From NCBI GenBank assembly GCA_024704765.1, contig JAKMXF010000013.1, forward strand, positions 40,060-104,059: DNA of 64,000 bases, in the 5' to 3' direction. A program made the translations under genes and the position numbers. The DNA comes from Oopsacas minuta. Its lineage: Eukaryota > Animalia > Porifera. This document shows positions 1-13,327 of this stretch, piece after piece (within the stretch, counting starts at the first letter, position 1; each line of letters opens with the position of its first letter). The notes beneath the pieces are model-generated. The model made no database searches. It saw only the letters and a program-made list of their open reading frames with translations, and was not told the DNA's origin.

Positions 1-524
1 AGATATCAACAATTAATTTTACTAAACTTCCAACACAATGACAATATTGTGGCAAATTTCGAAATTTAAGAGAAACCTATCTCAATTAGCTGAATTTCAG
101 CATGAACAGATATTATTATAGATTGGCTAAAAGCTAACTCATCATCGGATTGTTATGTCATCTTGACTGTACTAAATTGTTCAAATTTGTATTACACTCG
201 AGGTACAAAGTGCGTAGTTTACTTACCCAAAAACAAATGACAGCTCCATTTTTACCACAGGTCATTAAAATACATGTACCAGGTATATTATATATCCACA
301 AAATTTTCCCTCAAGGAAGTTATTGCCCATTACCTATATCCTTTCCCGTAGCGACCCAAGAGTACTGACAAATTTTGTTGTTTCATACTTTTACACAAAG
401 CTCACGGATACGTTCGCCCTTCGCGCAGCGACCTAGCAAGTGAAAAATTCTAGTGAGGTTTGATTAGTACTTTTCTGTGCATATTTTGGTTCATATATCA
501 AAATTGAGTCCATCAAAATATATA

Positions 525-1035
525 CAGTCAACTCCGCTTAATTGGGACACCGGTAATCAGGAAATCCGTTATATTGGGACAAATCTCCAGGAATGGAATC
601 ATTTCCATTTAAGTTTGTACTAAATATTTTTGGTTAATCGGGACAAACTCTCGTAATCGAATGAAAATTAATAACACAATCAAGAAGAAATTTCTCTTGA
701 TCTAGGAAATTCTATAAAGCTAAGTACTTGTACGAAATTTAGATAGATATAGACTAAATTATGGATTAATTTGCCCAAATCAAATTCTATTTACCAGTCA
801 TTATTATCAACATGATTCACTGAAGGCGCTAAAAAAATCCGATAAAGATTGTACGTTCGATGGGTTTGGCTCAATCATAGAGTGGTTAACTTGCTTTAGA
901 GGACTCGGGACTGAAAAAATAGAATAGTACTGCTATTTAGTATTTTTATTAGAATATCTCCGGTTGTTTGGGAACTCCGCTTTATCCGGGCAAAAGAACT
1001 GGAACCGATGTGTCCCGTTTGAGCGGAGTTGACTG
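525..1035. mobile_element. pogo/Tigger-like MITE
   Basis: Terminal inverted repeats (TIRs) CAGTCAACTCCGCT...GGGACAC at both ends, TA on both flanks, no coding capacity; ends ~150 bp upstream of the OTU gene ATG. Confidence 0.85.
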
Positions 1036-1184
1036 TATTCGAAATCTATGATGTACGTATTAACCGACCGCTTACCGCTACCTATGTTTTCTAGATAAAC
1101 TTATTAATTCATTAGATTTATCTTTTCATAGTAGTGTTATTCATTATTATCTATCAACAATTTTTTGTGTACCCACATATTTCT

Positions 1185-3485
1185 ATGTCAAATCAATATT
1201 CAGGTTCGTCCTTCCAGTCCTCAATCTTGCAGGATGATAATCTGCTTTTTGATCAGCATTTGAAGAAATATTCTCTTTGGAGAAAACCTCTACCCAGAGA
1301 TGGCAATAGTATATTTCGTGCCGTTGCTGAACAACTTTTCAAATCACAGTTTCTTTTCTCGATTTTGAAGAATAATTATTTGCAATTTATTTCTACTCAT
1401 CCTGTTCAATTTCAATCAATGACTGAGAGGCTGACACCTTATCATATATCTTGCTCTGGCAATGATAACAACAAGCTCACCCTTAACTTATCTGTACTAT
1501 CTCAATTTTACAGGATAAAATTTTTCATTTATCGAGAGAGTACAGATATCCAGACAATTTCGAACGGTATTTTACAACCTTTGACTACACTATCTCTAGC
1601 ACGTTTAGAAGATGATCATTTTGATATTTTATATCCTGATTCATATAGGGATAACTTGGCTTTCGTTCAGTCTATATTTTATTCTATATTGTATAAAAAT
1701 ATATTTCAAATTGATTTACCTTTTAGCCGAAAAAACTTTACTTTGCAAACTATTCGAGAACCATACTTTATTACTCAGGATGCTTATGAATTCTCACACT
1801 TGGAACGTTGTTTTAATACCTCATATTTTGAGAATATCTCCTTAAGTCTTTGGAAATCAGAAGTTTCCTCTAATTCTAACACTATTTCTTCAAATATTCA
1901 ATCTTTAAAACTCTCCTCTTACTCATTGGGTGATGAAGTTAGAGTTTTTAGTCCTAACACCGAAAACAAGCCCTATTATGTTGGGAAAATATTGAATCTT
2001 AATGTAACTCCCGGCATGCATGAGGTACTAGCCTCCAATCGTGGGACAGAAATTGTTGATATTGGCCATCTTCAACCAGCATATGAAGATAATGATAAAT
2101 CCCAACTATCTTCACATACCAATGTACTTACTAATCCTGAAAGATCTCCCATTCCATCTCTACATAGTAGTGACCAAGTAAATTTGTTTAAAGATTCAAT
2201 AAATTCTAAAAATGAATTCGCACCTTCCTTCACACCTCATTGTGATCTAGCTCAAAATATCGTCCCTCATACAATTCAATCATCAAGATCTAGTTATATA
2301 TCACCTAAAGATTCTTTTACAGAGTTAAATAGTTGGGACATCGATTCTAAATCAGATCAACCACCAGGATTTGAGGACCAAGATATTGGTCATGGAGTTC
2401 AAAAAAGTGAAAATGCAAATAGTTCGAATTCTACAAATGTTTATAAGCCCACACATAGCCTCACCAATGCACATGGACCTAAGCATAAGTACGGCCCTCA
2501 ATCTGCTGTAGTGAAACAGAAATATCAACATGAACAGAATTTAACAGATTCAACATTGGTTATGAAACCTTTTGAACAAATTTATGAAACAGCCCATTCT
2601 CAAATTAAGAAACTTCAGTTTAAATTAAATAATTCTTCTGGGTTCTTAAGTCCAAAATTCTCAATTCACCCTGAAGGTAGCGATTTGCCTGAAGATAAGT
2701 TTATTTTACAATATTTTTACAATTTAGGAGTACAATATCAATTGATGCGGAGTCATGGATCAAGTTGGAAGGATGTTCTTCCTAACTCCTGTCCACCCTT
2801 ATATCATGATAGTAATTACCACTCCGGTAACCAAATGGTGCCACTTATGTTTCGTGATACTGCAGGTCTGTATTTCAGTCAGGATATGGTTGTGCCTAAC
2901 TATTTTTATGATATGGCTATGATGCCTTTCATTCAAGGGTATGCTCCTCCGTTAACATACAATTTGCAGGGTGAACCATTCCTAGTGCAAAACTTTGGTA
3001 AACATTTCAAAGAAGAATCAGATTCCGAGAAATTTCATCCCTCTATTAAACATGACGCCGTTTACGGGAATGAAGAGAATACCACTCGAAAACCGAATTC
3101 TTCAATCAGATCGAGACCCGAGAATGAATCTCATCTCACAAATTCAGGTTCTGTGGATAGTTTTGATGTATCTCCATTACATTTAATGAATTATAAAAAA
3201 CCTCTTGATGATCTTCAAAGTGACCCTTCTTCCTGGCCCCAACCTGGTGGCGACAAACAAGATATTCCTTGGATTAACAATGATCTTATTGAAAATCAAA
3301 GGGCAGCATATAGTAATGTTTTGAAAAAAGGAACTCAAAATAGACAACCTACTTATACAGCTGAGAGAACAATATATTCATCAAATAGTGGGGCGAGCTC
3401 TGTTGCTAAAAATTCTATGCCGAAGAAAAACTACCCAGGTTCCCAAAATGTTGGCCCTAATACATATGCTGCTCGTAAAACTTAA
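1185..3485 (+). CDS. OTUD4: OTU-domain + Tudor-like protein, OTUD4/ALG13/otu family, intronless, 766 aa; catalytic Cys replaced by Ser
   Basis: Uninterrupted ORF, first ATG at 1185. OTU Cys-box RDGNSIFRAVAEQ and His-box DDHFDILYP; Tudor-like YSLGDEVRV...HLQP; motif GSDLPEDKFILQYFYNLGV resembles the OTUD4/ALG13 C-terminal block; low-complexity S/N/P/Q tail. Symbol given as closest family member, orthology not tested. Confidence 0.8.
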   Translation: MSNQYSGSSFQSSILQDDNLLFDQHLKKYSLWRKPLPRDGNSIFRAVAEQLFKSQFLFSILKNNYLQFISTHPVQFQSMTERLTPYHISCSGNDNNKLTLNLSVLSQFYRIKFFIYRESTDIQTISNGILQPLTTLSLARLEDDHFDILYPDSYRDNLAFVQSIFYSILYKNIFQIDLPFSRKNFTLQTIREPYFITQDAYEFSHLERCFNTSYFENISLSLWKSEVSSNSNTISSNIQSLKLSSYSLGDEVRVFSPNTENKPYYVGKILNLNVTPGMHEVLASNRGTEIVDIGHLQPAYEDNDKSQLSSHTNVLTNPERSPIPSLHSSDQVNLFKDSINSKNEFAPSFTPHCDLAQNIVPHTIQSSRSSYISPKDSFTELNSWDIDSKSDQPPGFEDQDIGHGVQKSENANSSNSTNVYKPTHSLTNAHGPKHKYGPQSAVVKQKYQHEQNLTDSTLVMKPFEQIYETAHSQIKKLQFKLNNSSGFLSPKFSIHPEGSDLPEDKFILQYFYNLGVQYQLMRSHGSSWKDVLPNSCPPLYHDSNYHSGNQMVPLMFRDTAGLYFSQDMVVPNYFYDMAMMPFIQGYAPPLTYNLQGEPFLVQNFGKHFKEESDSEKFHPSIKHDAVYGNEENTTRKPNSSIRSRPENESHLTNSGSVDSFDVSPLHLMNYKKPLDDLQSDPSSWPQPGGDKQDIPWINNDLIENQRAAYSNVLKKGTQNRQPTYTAERTIYSSNSGASSVAKNSMPKKNYPGSQNVGPNTYAARKT

Positions 3486-4869
3486 GAGCTATTCTTTTTC
3501 AATATATGATTAAGAATAATCGCATTAATTTCTATATTATTCAATTGGAAATTTCCTCTTTGTGTGTTCTTGTTATCCTCTATATTTTACTATCTGATTT
3601 AAATTATTCTCATGAAATTCATATAGTGAAAATGAAAAAAATATAATTCACCGAACTTTATGAATTGTGGCTGAGTCTAATCGTTGTCTGATATCTTACA
3701 CAAGCAAGTACGGCAGAGCCTTGATACTTCGATACTCGTTTAGTAGATATCATATATCTCATTACTAAATCATTGGATTATTCTGAAACAACTATAAAGT
3801 TTTCTGTGGGTAGGCAAAAGTAGCAGTCAAAGTCCAATATGCTCCAGTGAACTTAGAATTCATATATATATATTTAGACACTCAAGGGTTTCAATTTCAC
3901 CATCTGTTCAAATCAAAGCAGCGAACCATGTTAATCATTTCTGGCGGAAAATTGAGATGCCGAGAAAATTCATCTATATTTGATAATCTGGTCTTGATCT
4001 CTTATCAGAATAGAATAATAAATCAATTCTTTTTCTGACTTATTTTTAGAGTTCACTTTTTTACGAATTATCGATCGCATTTATTGAGAAAATAAATTGT
4101 CGAAATCACAACGCTTGATATTTTAAATTTTGTTTATAGCTTTCCCATTACGTACTTCAAAAATATATTCTTTGGTCCATCAATTCTTTTGGGTTGCATT
4201 GTCTTACTCTAAGTGGATATATCAGTGTTTTAGTGAAGCCGGACTATTTGAAATTCGCTGTGCTCCTGAGATAGTTCCTGTAACCATGGCTACCTGCACT
4301 GCGCTGGCTCCCATTATAGAGATTTGTATGTATCTATTTACGAACATTTTCCTTTAAGAAATGTATAGATAAGACGTTAAGACCAACCATTGAATTTCAG
4401 TTTAATAATAATTGTCCTAATTACCTAACTAAAGTCTATAAATTTCCAACGAACACTACTAATTGAAATATTTCACTGTGCATTACAGCCTACATCTTCC
4501 AGGTAACACTGCATTGTGAACAGCGCTTCAAAATCTATATTCGATCGGTCGATGATGCCTATTGTACTTATTTACTGTACGTCAGCATAACATGCACATA
4601 GTGGACTGAAAATAATTCTTCGCTTTTACAACAGGCTTCTCGCTAGGCCTCTATCAGAAAGTACATGCCCTTCTTGAAAGCTATTGTATTCCTTAAACAC
4701 ATGGTGTAAGTGAGCTGTACCATTTGAGTCAATAGTATTATTTGAAGATTTCATCAACTATTGACAAAAGAAATACTGTGTTTACAGTACACTCTAGTGA
4801 TTTCAAAGATTCTAAAAACAATGACAAACTACCTATTCAATAATCATATTGTATCGTTCTAGTTAAATT

Positions 4870-6540
4870 GGATGTTGACAAACGCCTGTTGCCCCCAAGA
4901 CTCTCACCTTCTCATTACAAGATTAGGTTCCCACTCTTTTACCAGAGGGCCTTCAGTTGAGATGCGAGTAAGATTATCAAGCGTAGTTGTATTCAAAATA
5001 AGCTAAGTGTCTTGGCTTATGGGAACCTGTCTTTGATATTAGAGATTAGAGTATCAATATAGGATTGAGCATTTCTAACAAAGTCCTCAGGTATAAGTGG
5101 ATGAGAAATATCAATATCTTGTAGTGTTGTTTCAAGATTCATCCTGTGTCCACTAATGTAGCGGATCTTTTTTTACATCTTCTAGAGTCAACAAACTGTC
5201 CTGTACGATGTCATCCACATTTAGTAAGTTCAGCGTGACTACCTGAAATACTCTCGAAAGGTTTCCAAGGATGGACAGAATGTCTGATAGCAAAAGTAAT
5301 GTGACCACGAATTTAGGCTTAGAAATTTGCAGTGAAAGTCCCAGAGCTATTAATAGCATTTCCTTCAGCAGCATCTTGTCCGAGTGTGAGCATTGCCGAC
5401 TTTAGGAATGTCTCAATGCATTAACAAGACTCTGTTGAGATAGCCATCGTGTTTCCGTTGGTCGTTGCATCTTTACCACTTGCTTATATATCTCCTGTTC
5501 CATTTCCCTTAGTGCTGCTGTTCTGACGGTGCTTCTGGAGAAATAAACATACACTTCATTCAGTGTATGCTGGAATCTTCTAACCAGACCTGACTTCTCA
5601 CCTGCATTGCAGGTTGCAAGAGAAGGTCAGTGAGCTGCACAATGGGTAGTAATGAAATTGGGTACCTGTCCTTTGAGACGAATTATTACGCCAGAGTGGG
5701 CGCCAACCATGACAGAGGCTCCATTACAAGCACTACCTGCAAGCTGAGAGAGATTAATTACCATAGGCACTTCGTAGATCAGGTAATTTTCAATTGAATC
5801 TGTTATAATATCAGTAGTGCCCTGAGACACTTCAAGCAATTTCAGATTTCTTGTTTGTACTTCAGCATCCGAAACAAGGTATTGAACACACAATTCATGT
5901 TGTTTGATCACTGAGATATCAGTTGCCTCATCCATGATTAGTGAATTATATGGGGATTTCTTGATACCTTCCAATAATTTCTCCTCCGGAGTATCACCAA
6001 TTGCTTGGACCAATTCAGCCATGATTTGTTCGGATTGATAATTTGCATTATTCCCCTTGACAAGATCTAGCAATGTTTTATTACCAAGCTGAATGTATAG
6101 CTCCTTTAGATCTGCGAAGTTTATTGTGTGTAGTGTTTCCTGTTTTTCCAGGAAGTACATGCATCGTAGGGCATCCTGAAAGCAACTTCATCAAGTGTAA
6201 GAATGCTAACATCTTTAATGAGCTCCATTACTGTCTGCTTTGTTGCTACCCGTACTATTCCCTCATGGTAGGCAACAGCACATGCTTCATGTGCATCACA
6301 GCCTTCGTGTTACAGAAGATGGTCGGGTTTGTTTTCAGTCAACGGTTCAGTTACAAAGACCTATGTTTTGCTCCTAGTTTTCAATGTATCATGGGAGCAG
6401 TAGAGACAATAGATCCCATCCTCTTTTAGCCAAAGACAGGGATGCTCATCACGATATCATTTAGTAGGGTATGAAAAAGAACTAGGATGCTACTTTTCAA
6501 TACTTGTTAAGCCAATCAAACATCATTCCAGGAGAATAAT
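4870..6540 (-). mobile_element. degenerate hAT transposon (ZNF862-like transposase), frameshifted, with internal deletion
   Basis: Fragments SLIMDEATDISVIKQ, MVGAHSGV...THCAAH, LLLSDILSILGNLS and a C-terminal ISTEGP; boundaries approximate, TIRs not identified. Confidence 0.8.
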
Positions 6541-7836
6541 TGAATTCTAACAAACATAATGATGTTTATTTGCAGATGATATCAAAACAATTTATGAATT
6601 CTTTTTCCTATTCCCAGCGTTGAAAAGAGATAAGGTATTAGCAGCCATCAGAACCAAAATTTCCATCTCAATCCCTCTATCTCATTGATGTGGAGACTGT
6701 ACTATTAGTCAGGTTTTAACCGGACCAATGTTTGGATTGCTAATACCAACATTTACTCAATCTGGCCGACCTGAGTATCTCATATACTCTTCCTGAACAA
6801 AATATTTAGCCACATTGTCCCCATGGACTCGGAAGTGGCGAGTCCATGGGAGCACATTGTTCACAACCCGCGTAGCGCGAGCAAGCGAACTGCTTGCATA
6901 TATAATATTTCGACACTTCGATTATCTTTCCACATTGTCTCAAGGCACTAAAAATATTGAGTTTTTCAACTATACAACTAGTATAATGTGGATTGCAAAC
7001 TCTGTGACCAAAGAATTACCCATAAATTTGGAAAAAATACTAATAGATCATTTCCGGACGGGGGACAAACATTGGGGTAGGAGAGGATGAAAAACCAGTA
7101 TATTACTTTACATGGCATAGTAAAGATTTCATTGAAATCTCTGAAACTGATTTATCAGAATACACAGATTGCTATTTGACACTAGACTATCCTCAATCAT
7201 AATTATTTATTGTATAGGCCATCAGGACAATTCAACTATTGTCATAATTGTATGGATACTTTAGATATGGCTGAATAATTTGTTTGGGCAGGGTATTCAA
7301 GGTTCATTCAACCAATTTGAAATATACCTGCATCGTAAGGTATCTATATAGATTGTTAGTTTGGTTTTTGGGTGGGGTAGATTTTACGACTCAACGAGGA
7401 AGATTTTGGTTCAGGTAGCAGATGATGTACTTTCTGTGATGTGGACTTAAGGCAAAAAAGAAAGTTCGGGACAAATTCTACCTCCGGACATTAATACATA
7501 GGTACAGAGCTGCGTTACTAAGATTATGCATGACAAACTTCTTCAATTTTTGGGTCATTTTTGCTTTCCCTACTCAATACTCCAAATTTTGTGGTTTTTC
7601 TTGTTATTCATTGACATGCTCTACATATTCGGGGCAATTATCTAGAGATCTGGATTTATGAGAAAATCGAAATATTTTAATGTTCTTATATTTGGTTCAA
7701 TCAATTGATTGAGACAGTAATTTTAATTTTCGAAACACAAGGATCAACTCGTTAATTTTCCAAATTTATATATACACCAGTAAATAAACATTGAGTCATT
7801 TTTTGGAAAATATACAATTTGACCATTAAGTTAGTA

Positions 7837-8387
7837 CAGTCGACTCCGGTTAATCGGACCACTTTTGTCCAGAGTAAAGTGGTCCGATTACCCGGGGTGT
7901 CCGATTAACCGAAAAATCTTATTATCATTATTTTATTGCTAGATAAATATTTCTAGTCGATGGTAATCCTATTGCTAATTGAAAAAAGAAGTAATTGATT
8001 GTTGCTTAAGTGATCTTTCAGCATTTAAGTGAATTTTGTCAGCACAATCATCAATTTTAGTTCTGTCTAACCCTTGCTCAATAAAATATCTTTGTAGAAG
8101 ATAACAGCTGCGTTTTGCTCCATTGTTTGTTACTTTTTGTTGAATTTCAGGACATGAATCTCATCATCAGAACTTTCAATTTCATTAACATTTCTCCTTT
8201 TTCTTTTCATTTCCTCAACAATTTCTTCGACATTATCAAAGTTCTCAGGTTCGAAACAGGTTGTATCGTCATGATCTATTTCATCATATTCTTCTCCATT
8301 CACAACTTCCTCTATGCCTAGACTAATGCATTCGTTTGTTACAGGTGTTTCATTGTTCAGTAAGGTATTGTTAGAGAACCCAGCCTT
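7837..8387 (-). mobile_element. pogo/Tigger element, 3' end, cut by N-gap
   Basis: TA + CAGTCGACTCCGGTTAATCGGAC terminus; minus-strand KAGF followed by an acidic C-terminal tail typical of Tigger transposases. Confidence 0.7.
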
Positions 8388-9157
8388 NCACAAATTAATT
8401 AGCAAGTTTACAACCGAATAATACTGTATTTGGAGAATAGTTCAATATTCGGTTGCAAACAGAAAATCAGTAACCGGTTGGGTTGCTATTCATAATACTG
8501 ATATTCGGTTCAATCGATTTCAGCCTTGTAAATTAGTAATAAATGTGGGCACAAGTACATGTATAACAATGGTTTCGAAGTGTTCAGTCAAAGAATTATG
8601 GTAAATTTCTGTGAGAACAAAATCCCAGATGACTATAATAGAATGCTGACCATTTACGAACTGAACAATTATGGGACAATTAATCAAAGACATTTATTAC
8701 TAAATAGATACTTATCAAACAAACCTTAAACTCTGTTTCTGCTATCGCTATAACTGAACAAACAAGTCAAAATACAAAGATAATTGCGTAATTTTCCCCA
8801 GTGATAGATTGAGGTTCCGAGCTGAATAAAAATCTAATTCTGCATATTGCTGAAATCTGAGTCCGCATGTTACTCAATTGTTATGGAAAGTTTAGATATA
8901 TATCCTATAATTAAATATATTTGTATCTCTATAATTAGAACCATTGTATCGCTAATTATATTATTTAATAAAGAACCAGAAGGGGATATTTTATTATGGC
9001 ATGGTCATACACCAGTGTGCACACGTGCACATCAACATGTTGGTGTACACGCGATTACACTGGTGTGCATGCGTACACACCAAGCACGTCCATAAACTGC
9101 AACATGTTTGTTAACATTATCCTGACCTAATCCATGAAATTTCGTTTCTTAGATATA

Positions 9158-10465
9158 CAAGGGTTGTTCAATAAATAATGAGACATTTTTCATGATTCAG
9201 ATAGTAAACCTATACTTATGATAATTGATTATCAGATGTTTCGATAAATTCCACTTTTAACTTTATACACCGTTTGCATCGTTCTGGTGACTTTTTCAGC
9301 CCAGTGGTATACAATTCTATAGGCGTGCCTTTTTCTCACTGTTTTATTTCATACTACAGCTGTTTGAAATCCTCAAATCTCTTCCCTCGAAGAGGTCTCT
9401 TCATCTCTTCAAACAACCACTAGTCGCTGGGAGCCAGGTCTGGGCTATACGGGGGATGAGGGAGGCATTCGAATCCTAAGTCGTCAATTGCAGCCATTGT
9501 CTTGGAGCTTACATGGGGCCTTGCATTGTCATATTGCAGCAATACGCCATGTGTCAACTTGCCTCGCCTCTCACGTTTAATCGCTTGACGCAATTTTTTC
9601 AATTCGTCAACGTAATGATCACTGTTTATGGTTGTCTACTCAGGCAACCAGTCGAAGTGTATAATTCTTTCCCTATCCAAAATACTGTTGCTATTCTCTT
9701 CCCTGCTGATTTTGCTGCCTTTACCTTGATGGGTACAGTTCATCACTTCTCTCCCACTGCTTCAATTGAGTTTTGCTCTCTGATACATAATAATGAAACC
9801 AAGTTTCATCCCCCGTCTATACGATACAAAAAGTCTTCCTCTGCCTTGTATCTTGAAAGTAATTCTTTGCTAACTCTGACCCTTTAGCGTTTTTGTTCTT
9901 TTAAAAGAAGTTTTTGGGACCCAACGCGCAGTTGCCTTCGAAATTTCCAGATCTTCAGTGATAATCGAGTGTAGTGTGACTTTTGATATACCCACCCTCT
10001 CTTCTAACTCTCACAAGGTTATTCGTCTGTCCTCATCCAAAATTGTTTAGACCCTCTCGATATTACTGCGGTTTTTGAGGAAGTCGGACGACCTAGACGA
10101 GGGTCATCGTGGAGTGCCTCATCACCATTATCAAAGCGTTCGATCCATCTATATATGTTGGCTTTCGAAGGACATTCATCACCGAAAATATCCTGCATTT
10201 CACGAAGAATGTATGAGCCAGTCTTCCCCTTCTTCCACAGGAACCAAATTTTTTGTCGTTTTCCTTCTTTGCTAGAATCCATTAGTTGAAAAGTCGTCTA
10301 TATAAATGAAACTTTATACTGAAGAATATGTTAGTAGAGTAAAGAGTATATTGTATCGAAGTTAGACAATCAAGTTAGGCTTGTAATCTGATATTAGGCT
10401 TAGAGCTGTATTAACTAGAATATGAATTCGATACACTAGTCTCATTACTTATTGAACAACCCTTG
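9158..10465 (-). mobile_element. full-length mariner element (1308 bp), transposase pseudogenised
   Basis: 27-bp TIRs CAAGGGTTGTTCAATAA(A/G)TAATGAGAC with one mismatch, TA flanks; HTH region from ATG 10282, LLQYDNARPH and HPPYSPDLAPSD motifs; stops and frameshifts. Confidence 0.95.
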
Positions 10466-11172
10466 TATTTATCACACATTGCTTATAAAATTGATAATGA
10501 TCTTATTAAATATCCAATTCCTAATTTCACAAAACTCAAATGAAATGGAACGATGTGGATACAATATTTCTACTGGTTTGTGTTACCCCATTATGTATAA
10601 TTCTGTAGAACATATCTTGTTGACTTATTAGCATTTGAATAATTGTGCCATATGGGCCAGAAGTGGCGCATGACACCATAAATGGTATACAGTGTGAGAA
10701 TCATTTGAGATTCTCTAAACTGACGTTCAAATATTGTATAGCTGGGAATAAGTCAAATATTACAACATGTTTATTCATATACGAAGTGGTGCAATCATAG
10801 TTGATATGTACCACATCTGCCACTTGTGGAACAAATATGAAAAATGCTTATAAGTCAATTAGGTATGTTGTGAAGTTTCGAAATGTTCATACTGGGGTAA
10901 CACAGACCCGTAGAATTCATATATGCTATCAATATTATTCAATCCCATTTGAGTTTGCACAATTGTTAATTCAATATGCAATTAGATCATTATCTATTTG
11001 ATGAGCTAAGGGTGATTATAAAATATCTAATTACATGAATTTTCTTGGATTATGACAGGATAATGTTAACTAACACAGTTGTATAGCTCTTTCAGGTATA
11101 TTATCGTATGGATATTCAAGTGTTCGTCGTATAACCAAGAAAACTGTACCTTTTGTTGTGTTGAAATGATTA

Positions 11173-13327
11173 CACAGGTCAACAAAAAATTATTTCGATC
11201 ACTTGGCTCAGATTGTTGGAGTGTTTTTAGAGTATATCGGGGTTGCTGCATCCGAAAATACTATTAGTTTTGCTGAATTGGTTATAGTCTTTTAGATATT
11301 ACACAACCCTAAATTTTAGGGTAATACTACAAATATTTTTGGTTTGTATGTTTATATCAACATTTACAACTATTTGTTCACAACATAGAACCTTTTATGG
11401 ATTCAAAAGGCATTAGACGTTGTTGCCTCAATGATCCTGATGACTTTTGCTATATTTGTGGTGAATATATGACAAAGGAACATCGTTTTAATACAAAAGA
11501 TGTCACCAAAATAGCTTATCAGGCTTACTTTGGTATTAAGTTAGGGGATCAGGATAAGTCATGGAGCCCTCACAAAGTGTGCAAATATTACACAGAAACC
11601 CTCCACCTATGGACCCAAGGAAAAGCCAAATCCATGGAGCTTGAGGTACCAATGGTTTGGCGAGAGCTCAAGAACCATCACGATGACTGCTACTTCTGCA
11701 TGGTTAAAATGTCTGGATGGAACCGGCAGAAAAAGAATTCGTGGCACTATCCTGACATACATTCTGCAAGACGCCCAATTCCATACTGCAGCGAAATTCA
11801 GGTGCCTGTTTTTACGTCCTTACCTGATACTGCGTTTACTTAGGCAATTGAAGAATCGTGGGACAGCACTAACAGCAGCAATAGCTGTAATGAGTTGTTA
11901 CAGATAAATAAATCGGAGCCTTTCACACAAGGGCAGCTCAACGACTTAGTGAGAGACTTAGGCTTGTCAAAAGATGCTTCAGAGATCCTGGCTTCCGGTC
12001 TCAGTGAACACCATGTTCTCTACAATGAAGCTAAGATAACTAATTACCAACACAGAGACGAAGAACTTATTCGCTATTTCAATGATGAAGGTGGTTTGTG
12101 TTTTGTAATAACATCCCAGGACTTCTCTCAGCAATGGCACTGTCCCAATACAATCCAAATGAGTGGCGTTTATTTATTGACAGCTCTAAACGGAGTTTAA
12201 AGTGCGTGTTGCTGCATAATGGTAACAAATTTGCCTGTGTTCCGATCGGCCATTCAGTAGTCTTGAAAGAGCACTATGCAACTGTAAAGATGGCCCTACA
12301 AAAGCTGTGTTACGATGAACATAACTGGATCGCGTGTGTGGACTTGAAAATGGTCAATGTCCTGTTAGGACAGCAAAGTGGTTACACTAAATACCCATGC
12401 TTTCTTTGTTTGTGGGACAGCAGAGCAGATGAGGTGCACTGAGAAAAGAAGAACTGGCCAGTTCGTCAAAAGATTGCCGTGGGGGAAAAGAATATCATTA
12501 ACGAGCCACTAGTTAGCCGTGACCGTATCATCCTACCACCACTACATATCAAGTTTGGACTGATGAAACAATTCGTAAAGGCATTGAACAAATATGGTAC
12601 CTGTTTCCGCTACCTCTGCTCAGGATATCGTGGTCTGAGTATCGAAAAACTTAAGGCAGGAATCTTTGATGGGCCACAATCAGAAAACTGATAAAAGATG
12701 AAGAATTCGCATCATACATGACTGGAGTTGAGGCTGGTGTGTGGGATTCCTTTGTCGATGTTGTAAAGGGATTCTTAGGCAACACCAAAGTGGCTGACTA
12801 TCAGAACCTGGTCGAAGGCATGCTCAAGAGCTTCCACAGTCTGGGAACCAGAATGAGCATAAAACTTCACTATATCTATAGTCATTTAGAGAGATTCCCT
12901 GAAAATCTTGGTGATTTATGCGAAGAACAGGGCGAGCGATTTCACCAATGGAGGAACGGTACCAAGGAAGATGGGACGCTCACATGTTGGCATATTACTG
13001 CTGGAGCCTTGTGCGTGATGCCCCCAAGAACCTCACAAGAGGAATTCGTATAAGAGAACATTCGTTCATGATTGATAAGTATTCAGATCATATTATATCT
13101 CAAATTATCTGTTTATTACTTACGTTCAATTCTAGTTATATTGTAATACATACATACTATATGGTATCGGTGAACACAGATTCACGGATGCTGAAAAACA
13201 TAATTTTACAATATCACGAAAAGTAGAACCAATTGGCCAGAACTAGTGCCATTTTCGAACTCAATGACCCCGATTTATCCTAGAAATAGTCCCAACTCAT
13301 CAGCCAAGAAAACGTTGCGGGCCAGTG
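11173..13327 (+). mobile_element. Chapaev3-like DNA transposon, complete, frameshifted transposase (~11397-13070)
   Basis: CAC...GTG termini, imperfect TIRs, TTA on both flanks (3-bp TSD); FCYICG, DCYFC, VDLKMVN...YTKYPCFLCLWDSRA, LPPLHIK.GLMKQFVKAL, EQGERFHQ and RYQGRWD blocks. Confidence 0.8.

Noticed and set aside
1134-1184. N-terminal extension of the OTU ORF from a GTG start
   Set aside because: Eukaryotic context; the first in-frame ATG is at 1185.
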